Notes under the pieces: model-generated
Seen by the model: the letters and a program-made list of their open reading frames with translations, nothing else
What the model was told of the DNA's origin: nothing
The model's database searches: none
Translations under genes and position numbers: made by a program
Part shown: piece after piece, positions 1 through 13,637 of the stretch
How the letters are laid out: each line of letters begins with the position of its first letter
Position numbering within the stretch: the first letter of the stretch is position 1
Origin: an uncultured Candidatus Saccharibacteria bacterium
Lineage (GTDB): Bacteria; Patescibacteriota; Minisyncoccia; Phycocordibacterales; UBA2100
Direction: 5' to 3'
Length of the DNA: 64,000 nucleotides
Assembly: GCA_964623775.1 (NCBI GenBank)
Contig: CAZUVH010000006.1
Span: 4,256 to 68,255, forward strand

Positions 1-5
1 CTCCG

Positions 6-947
6 ATGCTCAAAGAGGCGGTCCTTACACCAGAAGACACGCTCGGATTTCTTAAGGTCCTCATCAATTCAGACGTCTTAAAAAAATTCCTCGTCGATCA
101 GGAAGTTGATTTTGCATACGAGACAGAAGACAAATTCCGTTTCCGAGGTAATGCGTACTTCCAGCGCGGGACAATCGGCATCGCGCTGCGCCTCATCTTG
201 AAGAAGATCCGTACGGTCGCAGAACTCAATTTGCCGGATGTCCTCGCAAGTTTTGCGCGCAAATCTCAGGGATTTTTCCTCGTTGTCGGCCCGGTAGGGC
301 AGGGCAAGACCACGACACTCGCCGCACTCATCGATCTCATCAATACAGAACGCATGGAGCACATCGTGACGATCGAAGATCCGATCGAATACATTTTCGA
401 ACCCAAGCAATCGCTCATCGATCAGCGCGAAGTGCGTATCGATACCAAGGATTTCGCGACGGCGCTTGAGTCGGCTTTCCGCCAAGACATCGACGTCCTT
501 CTCGTGGGCGAAATGCGAGGGCAAGATACCATGGCTGCAGCCGTCACCGCCGCCGAGACCGGCCACCTCGTCTTTTCCACGCTCCACACAAACAACGCCG
601 CCCAGACAATCGACCGCATCATTGATACGTTCCCGGGGACGCAGCAAGACCAGATACGTCTTCAGCTCGCCTCCTCCCTTGCGGGGATCTTTTCCCAGCG
701 CCTCATTCCGCGCATTTCGGGCGGTCTCGTACCCGCGTATGAGCTTCTCATCAACAACAAAGCGGTCGCAAACCTCATCCGTGAGAAACGCACGCATGAG
801 ATCAATACCGTCATCGAGACGGGTTCTTCAGAAGGCATGATCGATATGAATCGCTCACTCGCCGAGCTCGTCGCGCGCGGAGAGGTCACGGTAGAAAATG
901 CGTACCAGTACTCACTCAATCCAAACGTGTTGAATAAATTGCTATGA
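6..947 (+). CDS. pilT: Type IV pilus retraction ATPase PilT/PilU, probably 5'-truncated by the window edge
   Basis: Walker A GPVGQGKTT, TIEDPIE, LVGEMR and AAETGHLVFSTLHTN motifs. Confidence 0.93.
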   Translation: MLKEAVLTPEDTLGFLKVLINSDVLKKFLVDQEVDFAYETEDKFRFRGNAYFQRGTIGIALRLILKKIRTVAELNLPDVLASFARKSQGFFLVVGPVGQGKTTTLAALIDLINTERMEHIVTIEDPIEYIFEPKQSLIDQREVRIDTKDFATALESAFRQDIDVLLVGEMRGQDTMAAAVTAAETGHLVFSTLHTNNAAQTIDRIIDTFPGTQQDQIRLQLASSLAGIFSQRLIPRISGGLVPAYELLINNKAVANLIREKRTHEINTVIETGSSEGMIDMNRSLAELVARGEVTVENAYQYSLNPNVLNKLL

Positions 948-971
948 GCAAAGCGAATTACATGGTTTTCA

Positions 972-1000
972 ACCCAGCACCTTTCGCAAAAGGTGCTGGG
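972..1000. repeat. Palindromic element ACCCAGCACC...GGTGCTGGG, family shared with 27512-27625
   Basis: cccagcaccttt-cgca-aaaggtgctggg; same termini and same downstream gtaag..ttctaagctcg..ctcg.taagaa..taacatggctc context as the ftsE-ftsX spacer. Confidence 0.75.
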
Positions 1001-1046
1001 CGTAAGTTATTTCTAAGCTCGCTCGTGCTCGCTAAGAAAAACTAAC

Positions 1047-2255
1047 ATGGCTCAATTTTCGTACAGTGCGCTCGACAACCAAGGGAATACGCGAGACGGC
1101 ACGATTGATGCCGTCAATATCGATATCGCGATCACCGCGCTCCAGCGTCGCGGGCTTGTTGTTGCCCAGATAAATCCCGTCGAGGCCGAGCACACGTTTA
1201 GAGAGCGCATCCCATTCCTCGACCGCATCACCAATGCCGACGTGGTCATGGTCTCTCGCCAAATCACGACGCTTTTCCAGGCTCAAGTCTCGGCGCTTCG
1301 CGCGTTCCGCTTGCTCGCGTCCGAGGCACGCACGCCGCAGCTGGGCGCACGCTTGAGCGAGATTGCCAATGACATCCAAAGCGGCAGCTCGATCTCAGCC
1401 GCGCTCTCTTCGCACTCCGAAATCTTCTCGCAGTTTTACGTCAACATGGTGCGCGCAGGTGAGGAGACCGGCAAGCTCGATGAGACCTTTGCCTACCTTG
1501 CCGATTACCTCGACCGCAACTACGAAATCACACAAAAGGCGAGAAATGCTCTCGTCTACCCGGCGTTCATCATCTTCACGTTCATTGTCGTCATGATCCT
1601 CATGCTCACACTCGTCATCCCGCGACTGGCGGACATGTTGACCGAGGTAGGGCAAGACATCCCAATCTATACAAAAATCGTCATCGGACTCTCGGAATTC
1701 TTGCGCCACTACTTCCTCCTCTTGTTTGCGGCCTTCGTAATCGGAGCCGGTATTCTCGTGCGCTACCTGCGCACTCCGGTTGGCCGCATCCTCTTTTCGC
1801 AGGCGCGATTGCAGACACCCGCTATTGGCAACATCTTCAAAAAGATTTTTCTCTCGCGTATGGCCGACAACCTCTCGACCATGCTCAAAAGCGGCATTCA
1901 GATCCTGCGCGGATTGGAAATCACTGCGTCGGTTGTGGAAGATCCTGTATATGAGGCGATTCTCCTTGAGGCCGCGACCGATGTGAAAGGGGGTATGCCA
2001 ATGTCCGATGCGCTCCGCAAACACCCGGAGATCCCTGGAATCATCACTGCGATGGTGAAAATCGGCGAGGAGACAGGAAATATGGCGGAAATCCTTGAGG
2101 TTATGGCGCGTTACTACCGCCGCGAGGTCAACAACGCCATAGATACGCTCGTGGAACTCATCGAGCCGTTCATCATCGTGCTTTTGGCCGTTGGCGTCGC
2201 CGTGCTCCTTGCATCCGTCCTCGTACCGATCTACAACATCGCTGCCTCTTTCTAA
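1047..2255 (+). CDS. pilC: Type IV pilus inner-membrane platform protein PilC (GspF family)
   Basis: Two GspF repeats (MVRAGEETGKLD, MVKIGEETGNM), LIEP motif, TM segments; follows pilT. Confidence 0.93.
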   Translation: MAQFSYSALDNQGNTRDGTIDAVNIDIAITALQRRGLVVAQINPVEAEHTFRERIPFLDRITNADVVMVSRQITTLFQAQVSALRAFRLLASEARTPQLGARLSEIANDIQSGSSISAALSSHSEIFSQFYVNMVRAGEETGKLDETFAYLADYLDRNYEITQKARNALVYPAFIIFTFIVVMILMLTLVIPRLADMLTEVGQDIPIYTKIVIGLSEFLRHYFLLLFAAFVIGAGILVRYLRTPVGRILFSQARLQTPAIGNIFKKIFLSRMADNLSTMLKSGIQILRGLEITASVVEDPVYEAILLEAATDVKGGMPMSDALRKHPEIPGIITAMVKIGEETGNMAEILEVMARYYRREVNNAIDTLVELIEPFIIVLLAVGVAVLLASVLVPIYNIAASF

Positions 2256-2368
2256 GAGGGCGATATCCACAGCGAGTCGTAGGGTGCCCGTAAGTGGGGT
2301 ATACAATAAAGCCACACGAAGACGTGTCTATTTATTAAGTGCATTAGCATTATTTATTTGTAACTATT

Positions 2369-2875
2369 ATGCAATTAGAACAGAAGCGCGGTTTCACCCT
2401 GATCGAACTCTTGGTGGTCATCGCAATCATCGGCCTTCTCGCATCAATCGTATTGGCCTCCCTTAACAGCGCCCGCAAAAAGAGCCGCGACGCCCGTCGT
2501 ATCGCAGACTTGAAGCAGCTCCAAAATGCGCTTGAGCTCTACGCCAACGACAACTCAGGTAATTATCCGAGTAACGCGACTACAGATGATGCTGGTGGTC
2601 AGACGGCCGCTACTGGTCTCGCAGCTCTCGTCACCGGAGGCTTCATCGCTGCAATCCCGGGCGATCCTCTTGGCGGTACTGTGATCTACTTGTACAAAAC
2701 TATTCCTTCTGGAAATACAACCGACAATGCGACCGGCTATTGCGTGGCCGCGAAGATAGAAGGCACAGCTCCGACACCATCGAGCACATGCCAGGGCGGT
2801 GCGACTCTCCTCGTGAGTGGCGACACCGATACGGGTGGATCAACTGTTGCCCCGAACTACGAAGTCGGTAACTAG
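2369..2875 (+). CDS. Type IV pilin / GspG-like pseudopilin
   Basis: KRG/FTLIELLVVIAIIGLL N-methyl motif; ARKKSRDARRIADL. Confidence 0.92.
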   Translation: MQLEQKRGFTLIELLVVIAIIGLLASIVLASLNSARKKSRDARRIADLKQLQNALELYANDNSGNYPSNATTDDAGGQTAATGLAALVTGGFIAAIPGDPLGGTVIYLYKTIPSGNTTDNATGYCVAAKIEGTAPTPSSTCQGGATLLVSGDTDTGGSTVAPNYEVGN

Positions 2876-2892
2876 TTTTCTCAGAAAACCTC

Positions 2893-3480
2893 ATGACACC
2901 AAAAACGTCAGAAAGGTTTTCACAGAACCACGCCCCCAAGGGGCGTGGTTCTGGGTTTAGTCTCATCGAGCTCCTCGTCGTGATCGCAATCATCGGTATC
3001 CTCTCCGCGATTGTCCTCTCATCACTCAGTGGTTCGCGCAAAAGGGGGCGCGACAGTCGTCGTGTTGCTGATGTCGCTCAGCTTAAGCTCGCGCTTGAGC
3101 TCTATTACGACGCGAATCAGCAGTATCCCACCGTGCTCTCATCGCTCACGGCGCCAGGATATATCCCCGCTATTCCAAAAGACCCGAAATCAAATCTTGA
3201 TTATGCATACGTAGCCCTCAAGGGCGCTTCGACCAATCCCGCGGTGTGCGCGAGCTATCACCTCGGGGCAAAGCTCGAGATAGACACAACAGCCAATTCC
3301 GGATCGCCGTTCCTCGATGACAAAGACGCCACCGTGGGCGGCACGTACGGTACGGGAGTGCAGAATGGCCCGGTATGTACAGGGAGTGCGTGGGCAGGGA
3401 ATACGGATATTGCCGCAAGCGCGAGCGATTTTGATGGCAGCAGCGACGCAACGAATCTCGTATACGACATGCGTCCGTAA
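2893..3480 (+). CDS. Type IV pilin / GspG-like pseudopilin
   Basis: G/FSLIELLVVIAIIGIL motif; leader contains a palindrome at 2923-2953. Confidence 0.9.
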   Translation: MTPKTSERFSQNHAPKGRGSGFSLIELLVVIAIIGILSAIVLSSLSGSRKRGRDSRRVADVAQLKLALELYYDANQQYPTVLSSLTAPGYIPAIPKDPKSNLDYAYVALKGASTNPAVCASYHLGAKLEIDTTANSGSPFLDDKDATVGGTYGTGVQNGPVCTGSAWAGNTDIAASASDFDGSSDATNLVYDMRP

Positions 3481-3504
3481 TTTTCACAATTTATTTAATA
3501 CATC

Positions 3505-3999
3505 ATGAATACAGATTCACGGGGCCGAAAGGGTTTTACGCTCATTGAGCTCCTCGTTGTCATGGCGATCATTGGTCTTGCCGCAGCAGTAGTCCTCGCT
3601 TCTATGAGCGGTGCTCGTAAAAAGAGCCGCGACGCGAGGCGGCAAGCGGATCTCAAGCAGATTCACAATGCGCTTGAGCTCTACGTGAGCGACAACAAGA
3701 CATCCCCGACGACCGCCCAAGGGCTCGCCGTGCTCGCTCCGAATTTTATTGCAGCGATTCCTCCTGAACCACGTGGGGGATCGGGCGCATATGGATACGT
3801 GCAAGTAGGGGCAAGTGGGTACGTGATCGGGGCGATTATGGAGACAGTGGGGCAGGTGTCGCCACTCAACACCGATTACGATGGCGCTCAAAATAGCATG
3901 TCTATCAACGGTATCGCAGCAGGCGCGGGGAGTGCCGCAAATTGCAACGCGAATGCGGGCCTTGCGACGGAAGCTGTCTATTGCGAGTACTGGCCGTGA
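3505..3999 (+). CDS. Type IV pilin / GspG-like pseudopilin
   Basis: KG/FTLIELLVVMAIIG motif; paralog of 2369..2875. Confidence 0.9.
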   Translation: MNTDSRGRKGFTLIELLVVMAIIGLAAAVVLASMSGARKKSRDARRQADLKQIHNALELYVSDNKTSPTTAQGLAVLAPNFIAAIPPEPRGGSGAYGYVQVGASGYVIGAIMETVGQVSPLNTDYDGAQNSMSINGIAAGAGSAANCNANAGLATEAVYCEYWP

Positions 4000-4091
4000 T
4001 CGTTCGTCAGAAGTGTACACAAAGAACTCCGCAGGAGTTTTTTGTTTTTTGTGCGCATCCGGCTGGTAATCCACGCTATAATCGAGATCAC

Positions 4092-4892
4092 ATGCTCATG
4101 CTCGATATTGCGCTCCTGGGATTTGGTCTCATCATCGGAAGTTTTCTCAACGTATTGATTCTGCGGCACGGCGAGCGTTCTATCGGGGGGAGAAGTGCGT
4201 GCATGTCGTGCGGCCGCACACTGACATCCATGGATCTCATTCCTGTGCTCTCGTGGGTGATGCTCCGAGGGAAATGCCGCACCTGCAAAGCTCCGATTTC
4301 CATCCAGTATCCAATTGTGGAGGCCGCGACGGGCATCTGTTTTGTCGTTATTGGCAATGCGTTCTTTCAATATGGCTTCGAGATGTCGTGGCACTCACTG
4401 ATTGTTGTGCCGTACCTCGCCATCGTAGCGCTCCTCATCGCAATTACTGTGTACGACCTTCGTCACATGATTATTCCCGATGAGTGGGCGTATCTTTTTG
4501 CAGCGATCGCTTTCGTGACATCGCTTGTATCTATGGATTCAGGAGCGAGTGTCCTCGCGGTGATTTTGGGAGGACCGATCGCCGCATTTCCACTCTTTGC
4601 GCTGTGGTTTGTTTCAAGAGGGAGATGGATGGGGCTCGGAGATCCAAAGCTCGCGCTCGGTATTGGGTGGCTGCTCGGACCTTGGAACGGACTCATCGCC
4701 ATCTTCTTCGCATTTGTGATTGGTGCAGTCATCTCTCTTTGCGTTCTTATCCCCGTAAGTCGACTGCGACATGCAGGGGAACAGATTACAATTAAAAGTG
4801 AGGTGCCGTTTGGTCCCTTTCTTGTCGCGAGCACGGCTCTGGTATGGCTCATGACGATGTATGGGATCCCGCTCCCTCTCTTTACATGGTAA
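4092..4892 (+). CDS. pilD: Prepilin peptidase (A24)
   Basis: GSFLNV, two CxxC, YDLRH, GLGDPKL, PFGPFL; start chosen from TATAAT at 4077-4082. Confidence 0.92.
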   Translation: MLMLDIALLGFGLIIGSFLNVLILRHGERSIGGRSACMSCGRTLTSMDLIPVLSWVMLRGKCRTCKAPISIQYPIVEAATGICFVVIGNAFFQYGFEMSWHSLIVVPYLAIVALLIAITVYDLRHMIIPDEWAYLFAAIAFVTSLVSMDSGASVLAVILGGPIAAFPLFALWFVSRGRWMGLGDPKLALGIGWLLGPWNGLIAIFFAFVIGAVISLCVLIPVSRLRHAGEQITIKSEVPFGPFLVASTALVWLMTMYGIPLPLFTW

Positions 4893-5530
4893 AAAAGGTA
4901 CCGAAAAGTACATCCACTGGGTTTACCCTCATAGAAATGCTCGTCGTCGTCGGGGTTATCGTCGTCGTGACGTCGGTCGTGCTCGCCAATAATTCAAGAT
5001 TCGGCGGTACCGTTTTGCTTCAAAATCTCGCCTACGATATCGCGCTCTCAAGCCGCGAGACACAAATCTACGGCGTGTCGGTAACGCGCTTCCAGACGTC
5101 GTTTACGGCCTCGTTTGGCATACACTTCGACGTATCGACACCCGCCTCCTCCAAGGTGTACACCGTTTTTGCCGACGCCGCGGCGACCGGTGCGGACAAC
5201 GGCCACTACGATTGCGTGGCGCCAGGGACGAGCGACTGCGAGATCGTACAAGCCACCAATATCACCCGTGGGTACTATATCTCTGAGGTGTGCATCACGG
5301 GCTCCGGCGCCGAAGATTGTACGAATAAAGTACTCGACGTCATCTACAAACACCCCGAGCCCGATGCCTACATATATGCGTGCCCGACGACGTCCACATG
5401 CGGCTCTCCGGGGACACAGTATCAGCGCGCGAGAGTCGTCGTCGCGTCTCCGCGCGGCGATACGATGAATATCTGCATAGATCTCAATGGACAGATTTCC
5501 ATACATGCCGGCAGTTCCTGCACATATTAA
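4886..5530 (+). CDS. Minor pilin (FimT/FimU-like)
   Basis: G/FTLIEMLVVVGV motif; Cys pairs; in pilin cluster. Confidence 0.85.
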   Translation: MVKKVPKSTSTGFTLIEMLVVVGVIVVVTSVVLANNSRFGGTVLLQNLAYDIALSSRETQIYGVSVTRFQTSFTASFGIHFDVSTPASSKVYTVFADAAATGADNGHYDCVAPGTSDCEIVQATNITRGYYISEVCITGSGAEDCTNKVLDVIYKHPEPDAYIYACPTTSTCGSPGTQYQRARVVVASPRGDTMNICIDLNGQISIHAGSSCTY

Positions 5531-5536
5531 TACGGT

Positions 5537-6187
5537 ATGGAGTACAGAGTAGAGAGTATGGAGCAAGAGAAAACACATCACGGTGTGCCTTTACGCCATA
5601 CGCGAAACTCTGAGCGCGGCTTTACGCTCATTGAAATGATCGTCGCTGTCGGACTCTTTGCGGTCGTGATGGTTATTTGTGTGTCGACGCTCTTTGCACT
5701 CGTCAATGCGAATCGAAAAGCGCAGGCGCTCCAATCCGTCATGAACAACCTCGACATCGCACTCGACGGCATGGCGAGGGCCATACGCGAGGGAAGTCAC
5801 TATCACTGCGGAAGTGCAGGAGATCCCACCGCGACACGGGATTGCGCCACAGGCGACACGTTGTTCCAATTCGAGCGCTATGGCGGTAATACGAGCGTGT
5901 TTACCGACCAGTGGTACTACGTATACGACTCCGACGGATCTGTCTGTGGGAGCAAAAGAATCTGTAAGTCGGAGCAGGGTGGTGCAGCCGGTACGTTCTA
6001 TCCGCTCACGGCGCCGGAGGTCACGATCGATGCCATGACGTTCTACACGATCGGCACGACGCGCACCGATACGGTGCAGCCGAAAGTCGTCATAGTGATC
6101 AAGGGCACAGCCGCTCCCGCAAACGCAAAGACAAAGAGCACATTCCACATCCAGGCAGCTGCGACGCAGCGACTCATTGATCTATGA
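5537..6187 (+). CDS. Minor pilin (PilW-like)
   Basis: RG/FTLIEMIVAVGLF motif. Confidence 0.85.
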   Translation: MEYRVESMEQEKTHHGVPLRHTRNSERGFTLIEMIVAVGLFAVVMVICVSTLFALVNANRKAQALQSVMNNLDIALDGMARAIREGSHYHCGSAGDPTATRDCATGDTLFQFERYGGNTSVFTDQWYYVYDSDGSVCGSKRICKSEQGGAAGTFYPLTAPEVTIDAMTFYTIGTTRTDTVQPKVVIVIKGTAAPANAKTKSTFHIQAAATQRLIDL

Positions 6188-7155
6188 TTAAACGTATAGC
6201 GTACAGTGTATGGCGTATGGCGGGAAAAATACAATCCCGCATAGAGAGCACTCGCGCCACTCCCTCCATACTCAATACCCCATACTCTATACGTTCTGGG
6301 TTTACTCTCGTCGAGACGCTCGTCGCGATTTCACTGCTCTCGATCGCAATCGTAGCGCCGATGTCGCTCACGACGCAAAGCCTCGTCGGTGCCTATTACG
6401 CACGCGACCAGGTCACCGCGTTTTTCCTTGCACAAGAGGCGATCGAAGCGGTGCGCAGCGCGCGCGATGCCAACGTGCTCGCGACCGCACTCGGTACGCC
6501 GACGGACCTCATGACAGGCATCCCTTCCTCTGGCGCAGCCTTTACGGTTGATGCGCACACCGTACCAGTGACGATGTCGCTTTGCTCTGGCACCTGCGCG
6601 CCCTTACAGACCGACGGCGAATTCTACGGATACCAGAGCGGATGGTCCGATACGAATTTCACGCGCTACGTCACCGCCACCTATGTGCCAGGGACGAGTA
6701 ACAACGAGATCGAAATATCCGCAACCGTCGTGTGGCAGACTGCCGCATACGAGCCGCGCACATTCACGCTCAAGGCAAATTTGTATCGATGGGTTTTTGA
6801 TTCGAGTGCGGTGACGGTTGAGGAAGGGAGCACTCCGCCACCCGCCGTGACAAATCTCACTGTCTCGTGTCCATCTCCGGGCACGTCTGCTGCCATCAAC
6901 TGGGCGGCGTCTCCAGGCGCGACCTCGTACGGCGTAAATGTAAACAACGACACAAATCCATGGGCGCCTGTCCGCTGCGACGGTACAATCAATGACGGCA
7001 ACACCAACGATCTTTGCTGGGCCGAGGTGGCTTCCCCCGCATACACATTTCCCTTCGGGATAGCGGGGACGGGTTACTGGGTCACTGTTTATGCAGAAAA
7101 TTCTAATGGGATCTCGCCTGTAAGTCAGGTAGTGAATTTCACGTGCGCATCATAG
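6184..7155 (+). CDS. Minor pilin (PilV-like) with C-terminal FN3-like extension
   Basis: G/FTLVETLVAISLL, AFFLAQEAIEAVR; C-terminal beta-rich domain after a Pro linker. Confidence 0.83.
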   Translation: MIKRIAYSVWRMAGKIQSRIESTRATPSILNTPYSIRSGFTLVETLVAISLLSIAIVAPMSLTTQSLVGAYYARDQVTAFFLAQEAIEAVRSARDANVLATALGTPTDLMTGIPSSGAAFTVDAHTVPVTMSLCSGTCAPLQTDGEFYGYQSGWSDTNFTRYVTATYVPGTSNNEIEISATVVWQTAAYEPRTFTLKANLYRWVFDSSAVTVEEGSTPPPAVTNLTVSCPSPGTSAAINWAASPGATSYGVNVNNDTNPWAPVRCDGTINDGNTNDLCWAEVASPAYTFPFGIAGTGYWVTVYAENSNGISPVSQVVNFTCAS

Positions 7156-7164
7156 TCATCGTTT

Positions 7165-11412
<4,248 letters not shown>

Positions 11413-11413
11413 T

Positions 11414-12847
11414 ATGGATCTCAAGAAACTCACGGTAGCGCAGGCACGTCGGGATTTGGATGCAAAAAAATACTCTTCGCTCGATCTCACCAATGCGTAT
11501 TTGAAGCAGATTGCCGAAAAGGATGGCGATATCCATGCGTATCTGGAAGTGTGGGGAGATTCCGCGCGAGCGGAGGCAAAAGCGGCGGACGAGCGTATTG
11601 CGCGCGGAGAATCGGCACCGCTTCTGGGCATTCCCGTTGCGATGAAAGACAATATTTTGATTCATGGCCGCCATGCGAGTAGTGCCTCGAAAATTCTCGA
11701 GAATTATGTCGCGTCGTACGACGCGACCGTCGTGAAGAAATTGAAGGCGCAGGGTGCCGTCTTCCTCGGTCGCACCAACATGGACGAATTCGCGATGGGA
11801 AGCTCCACCGAGAACTCTGCATTTGGCCCGACGAAAAATCCTATCGACACAGAGCGCGTCCCCGGAGGATCGTCCGGCGGCTCCGCCGCTGCACTCGCGG
11901 CAGATATGGCACTCGCTTCCTACGGCTCCGACACCGGTGGCTCTATTCGTCAGCCGGCAGCACACTGCGGACTCATCGGGCTCAAGCCCACCTATGGCGC
12001 AGTGTCCCGCTTCGGGCTCATGGCGATGGGCTCCTCGCTCGATCAGATTGGACCCTTTGGCAAAACGATCGAAGACGTGCGCATCCTCTTTGATGCTGTT
12101 GCCGGGCATGATCCGCACGATGGGACGTCGCTGCCGGATAATACGAAGTCCGCCCAAGGCGGATCGGCCTTGGGCCGAAAGCCGAAAGTGATCGGCGTGC
12201 CGCGCGCATTTCTAAAGAGTGGAGTCGACCCCGACCTCTTGAAAATATTCGAGCAACGCTTGGAGGATTTGAAAGGGAAGGGCTACGAGATCCGCGATAT
12301 CGAGATGCCGACACTGCCGTATGGACTTGCCGTGTACTATATCGTGATGCCTGCAGAGGTCTCCACAAATCTCGCGAGATACGACGGCATTCGCTACGGA
12401 CTCTCGATCCCAGCAGAGACGATCGGCGATGTGTATGGAAAAAGTCGCGGAGCTGGATTCGGCGCCGAGGTCCGTCGTCGTATCATCCTCGGCACCTACG
12501 TTCTCTCAGCGGGATATGCCGATGCCTACTATCGAAAGGCGCGAGCCGTGCGAGCGACGATTCGCGACGAGTTTGCGAGCGCTTTCAAGGAGGTTGATGC
12601 GATTGCAGTTCCCACGACGCCATCGCCCGCATTCAAGATTGGGGAGAAAGCGGCAGATCCGCTCGCGATGTATGCAGAAGACATTTTTTCAGTCCCCGTG
12701 AATCTCGCGGGCGTGCCTGCAATCTCGATTCCGATGGGGTACGTAGAAAGGGAAGGCAAGCAGCTGCCAGTCGGATTTCAAATCATCGCGCCGCACAGCG
12801 CGGAAGAAACATTGTTCACGATTGGAGCCGAGATTGAGTCAAAGTGA
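11414..12847 (+). CDS. gatA: Glu-tRNA(Gln) amidotransferase subunit A
   Basis: Amidase signature PGGSSGGSAAA, GSDTGGSIRQPA, TNMDEFAMGSS. Confidence 0.97.
   Translation: MDLKKLTVAQARRDLDAKKYSSLDLTNAYLKQIAEKDGDIHAYLEVWGDSARAEAKAADERIARGESAPLLGIPVAMKDNILIHGRHASSASKILENYVASYDATVVKKLKAQGAVFLGRTNMDEFAMGSSTENSAFGPTKNPIDTERVPGGSSGGSAAALAADMALASYGSDTGGSIRQPAAHCGLIGLKPTYGAVSRFGLMAMGSSLDQIGPFGKTIEDVRILFDAVAGHDPHDGTSLPDNTKSAQGGSALGRKPKVIGVPRAFLKSGVDPDLLKIFEQRLEDLKGKGYEIRDIEMPTLPYGLAVYYIVMPAEVSTNLARYDGIRYGLSIPAETIGDVYGKSRGAGFGAEVRRRIILGTYVLSAGYADAYYRKARAVRATIRDEFASAFKEVDAIAVPTTPSPAFKIGEKAADPLAMYAEDIFSVPVNLAGVPAISIPMGYVEREGKQLPVGFQIIAPHSAEETLFTIGAEIESK
12149..12180. repeat. In-frame double-hairpin palindromic insertion in gatA (SAQGGSALGR)
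   Basis: tccgcc-caa-ggcgga tcggcc-ttg-ggccga; 31/32 identical to 60747-60778 in glmS. Confidence 0.85.
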
Positions 12848-12862
12848 CCTTATAATGGAGTA

Positions 12863-13567
12863 ATGGAAGGAGATCCCACGATCGGCAGTACGCTCGGCTG
12901 GTTTGCGTGGTTTTTGGGTGATGTGGCATTCAAATGGATACCGGCGACCGTTATCGCACTTACACAAGTCGGCGACAGTGGCCTGGGGACGCCGCCGCCC
13001 CTGCAACCCATCACTGCACCAGTCACCACATCAGATGTCGCCAATTACCTGGCTCAGTCCTCGGACCCGAGGATCTACGACGTTTTGTATCACAGCTGGA
13101 GCACGTACACTTCTTTCATCACGATCGTCTGCCTCGCACTTGCCGGCGTATTGATCTACTCGATTATCCGCATACGACAGATCAGACACATGGAGCACCA
13201 GAAATTCATGACGACCGCACATACGGTGGTGTCGCGAGATTTGCCGAAGACACAGCTTCGCTGGAATCATATTTTGGAGCAAGTAGGCTCGGATTCAGAA
13301 CAGAATTGGCGACTCGCAGTCCTCGAAGCAGATATTATGCTCAACGAGCTTTTGGATATGCAGGGGTACAAGGGTGAGACGATGGGCGACAAGATGCGTC
13401 AGGTGGATCGCTCAAGCTTCAATACGATCGATATCGCGTGGGAGGCCCACCGCGTACGCAACAGGATCGCGCATGAAGGCATGTCGCACTTTATGAATGC
13501 GCGCGAAGTGCGGCGTGTGATCGGACTCTACGAACGTGTCTTCAGGGAATTTCGCATCATTCAGTAG
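12863..13567 (+). CDS. Hypothetical membrane protein
   Basis: TM helix; WRLAVLEAD and AWEAHRVRNRIAHE (HEPN-like RxxxxH); TATAAT just upstream. Confidence 0.75.
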   Translation: MEGDPTIGSTLGWFAWFLGDVAFKWIPATVIALTQVGDSGLGTPPPLQPITAPVTTSDVANYLAQSSDPRIYDVLYHSWSTYTSFITIVCLALAGVLIYSIIRIRQIRHMEHQKFMTTAHTVVSRDLPKTQLRWNHILEQVGSDSEQNWRLAVLEADIMLNELLDMQGYKGETMGDKMRQVDRSSFNTIDIAWEAHRVRNRIAHEGMSHFMNAREVRRVIGLYERVFREFRIIQ

Positions 13568-13581
13568 CCGGAAATAATACT

Positions 13582-13610
13582 TTGACATTTCAGAAATAGA
13601 AAGTTAGGGT
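13582..13610 (+). promoter_or_regulatory. Sigma70-type promoter
   Basis: TTGACA-N17-TAGGGT, followed by GGGAGG SD before ATG 13638. Confidence 0.55.
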
Positions 13611-13637
13611 GCTACAAGTTGAACAAGGGAGGTAATA

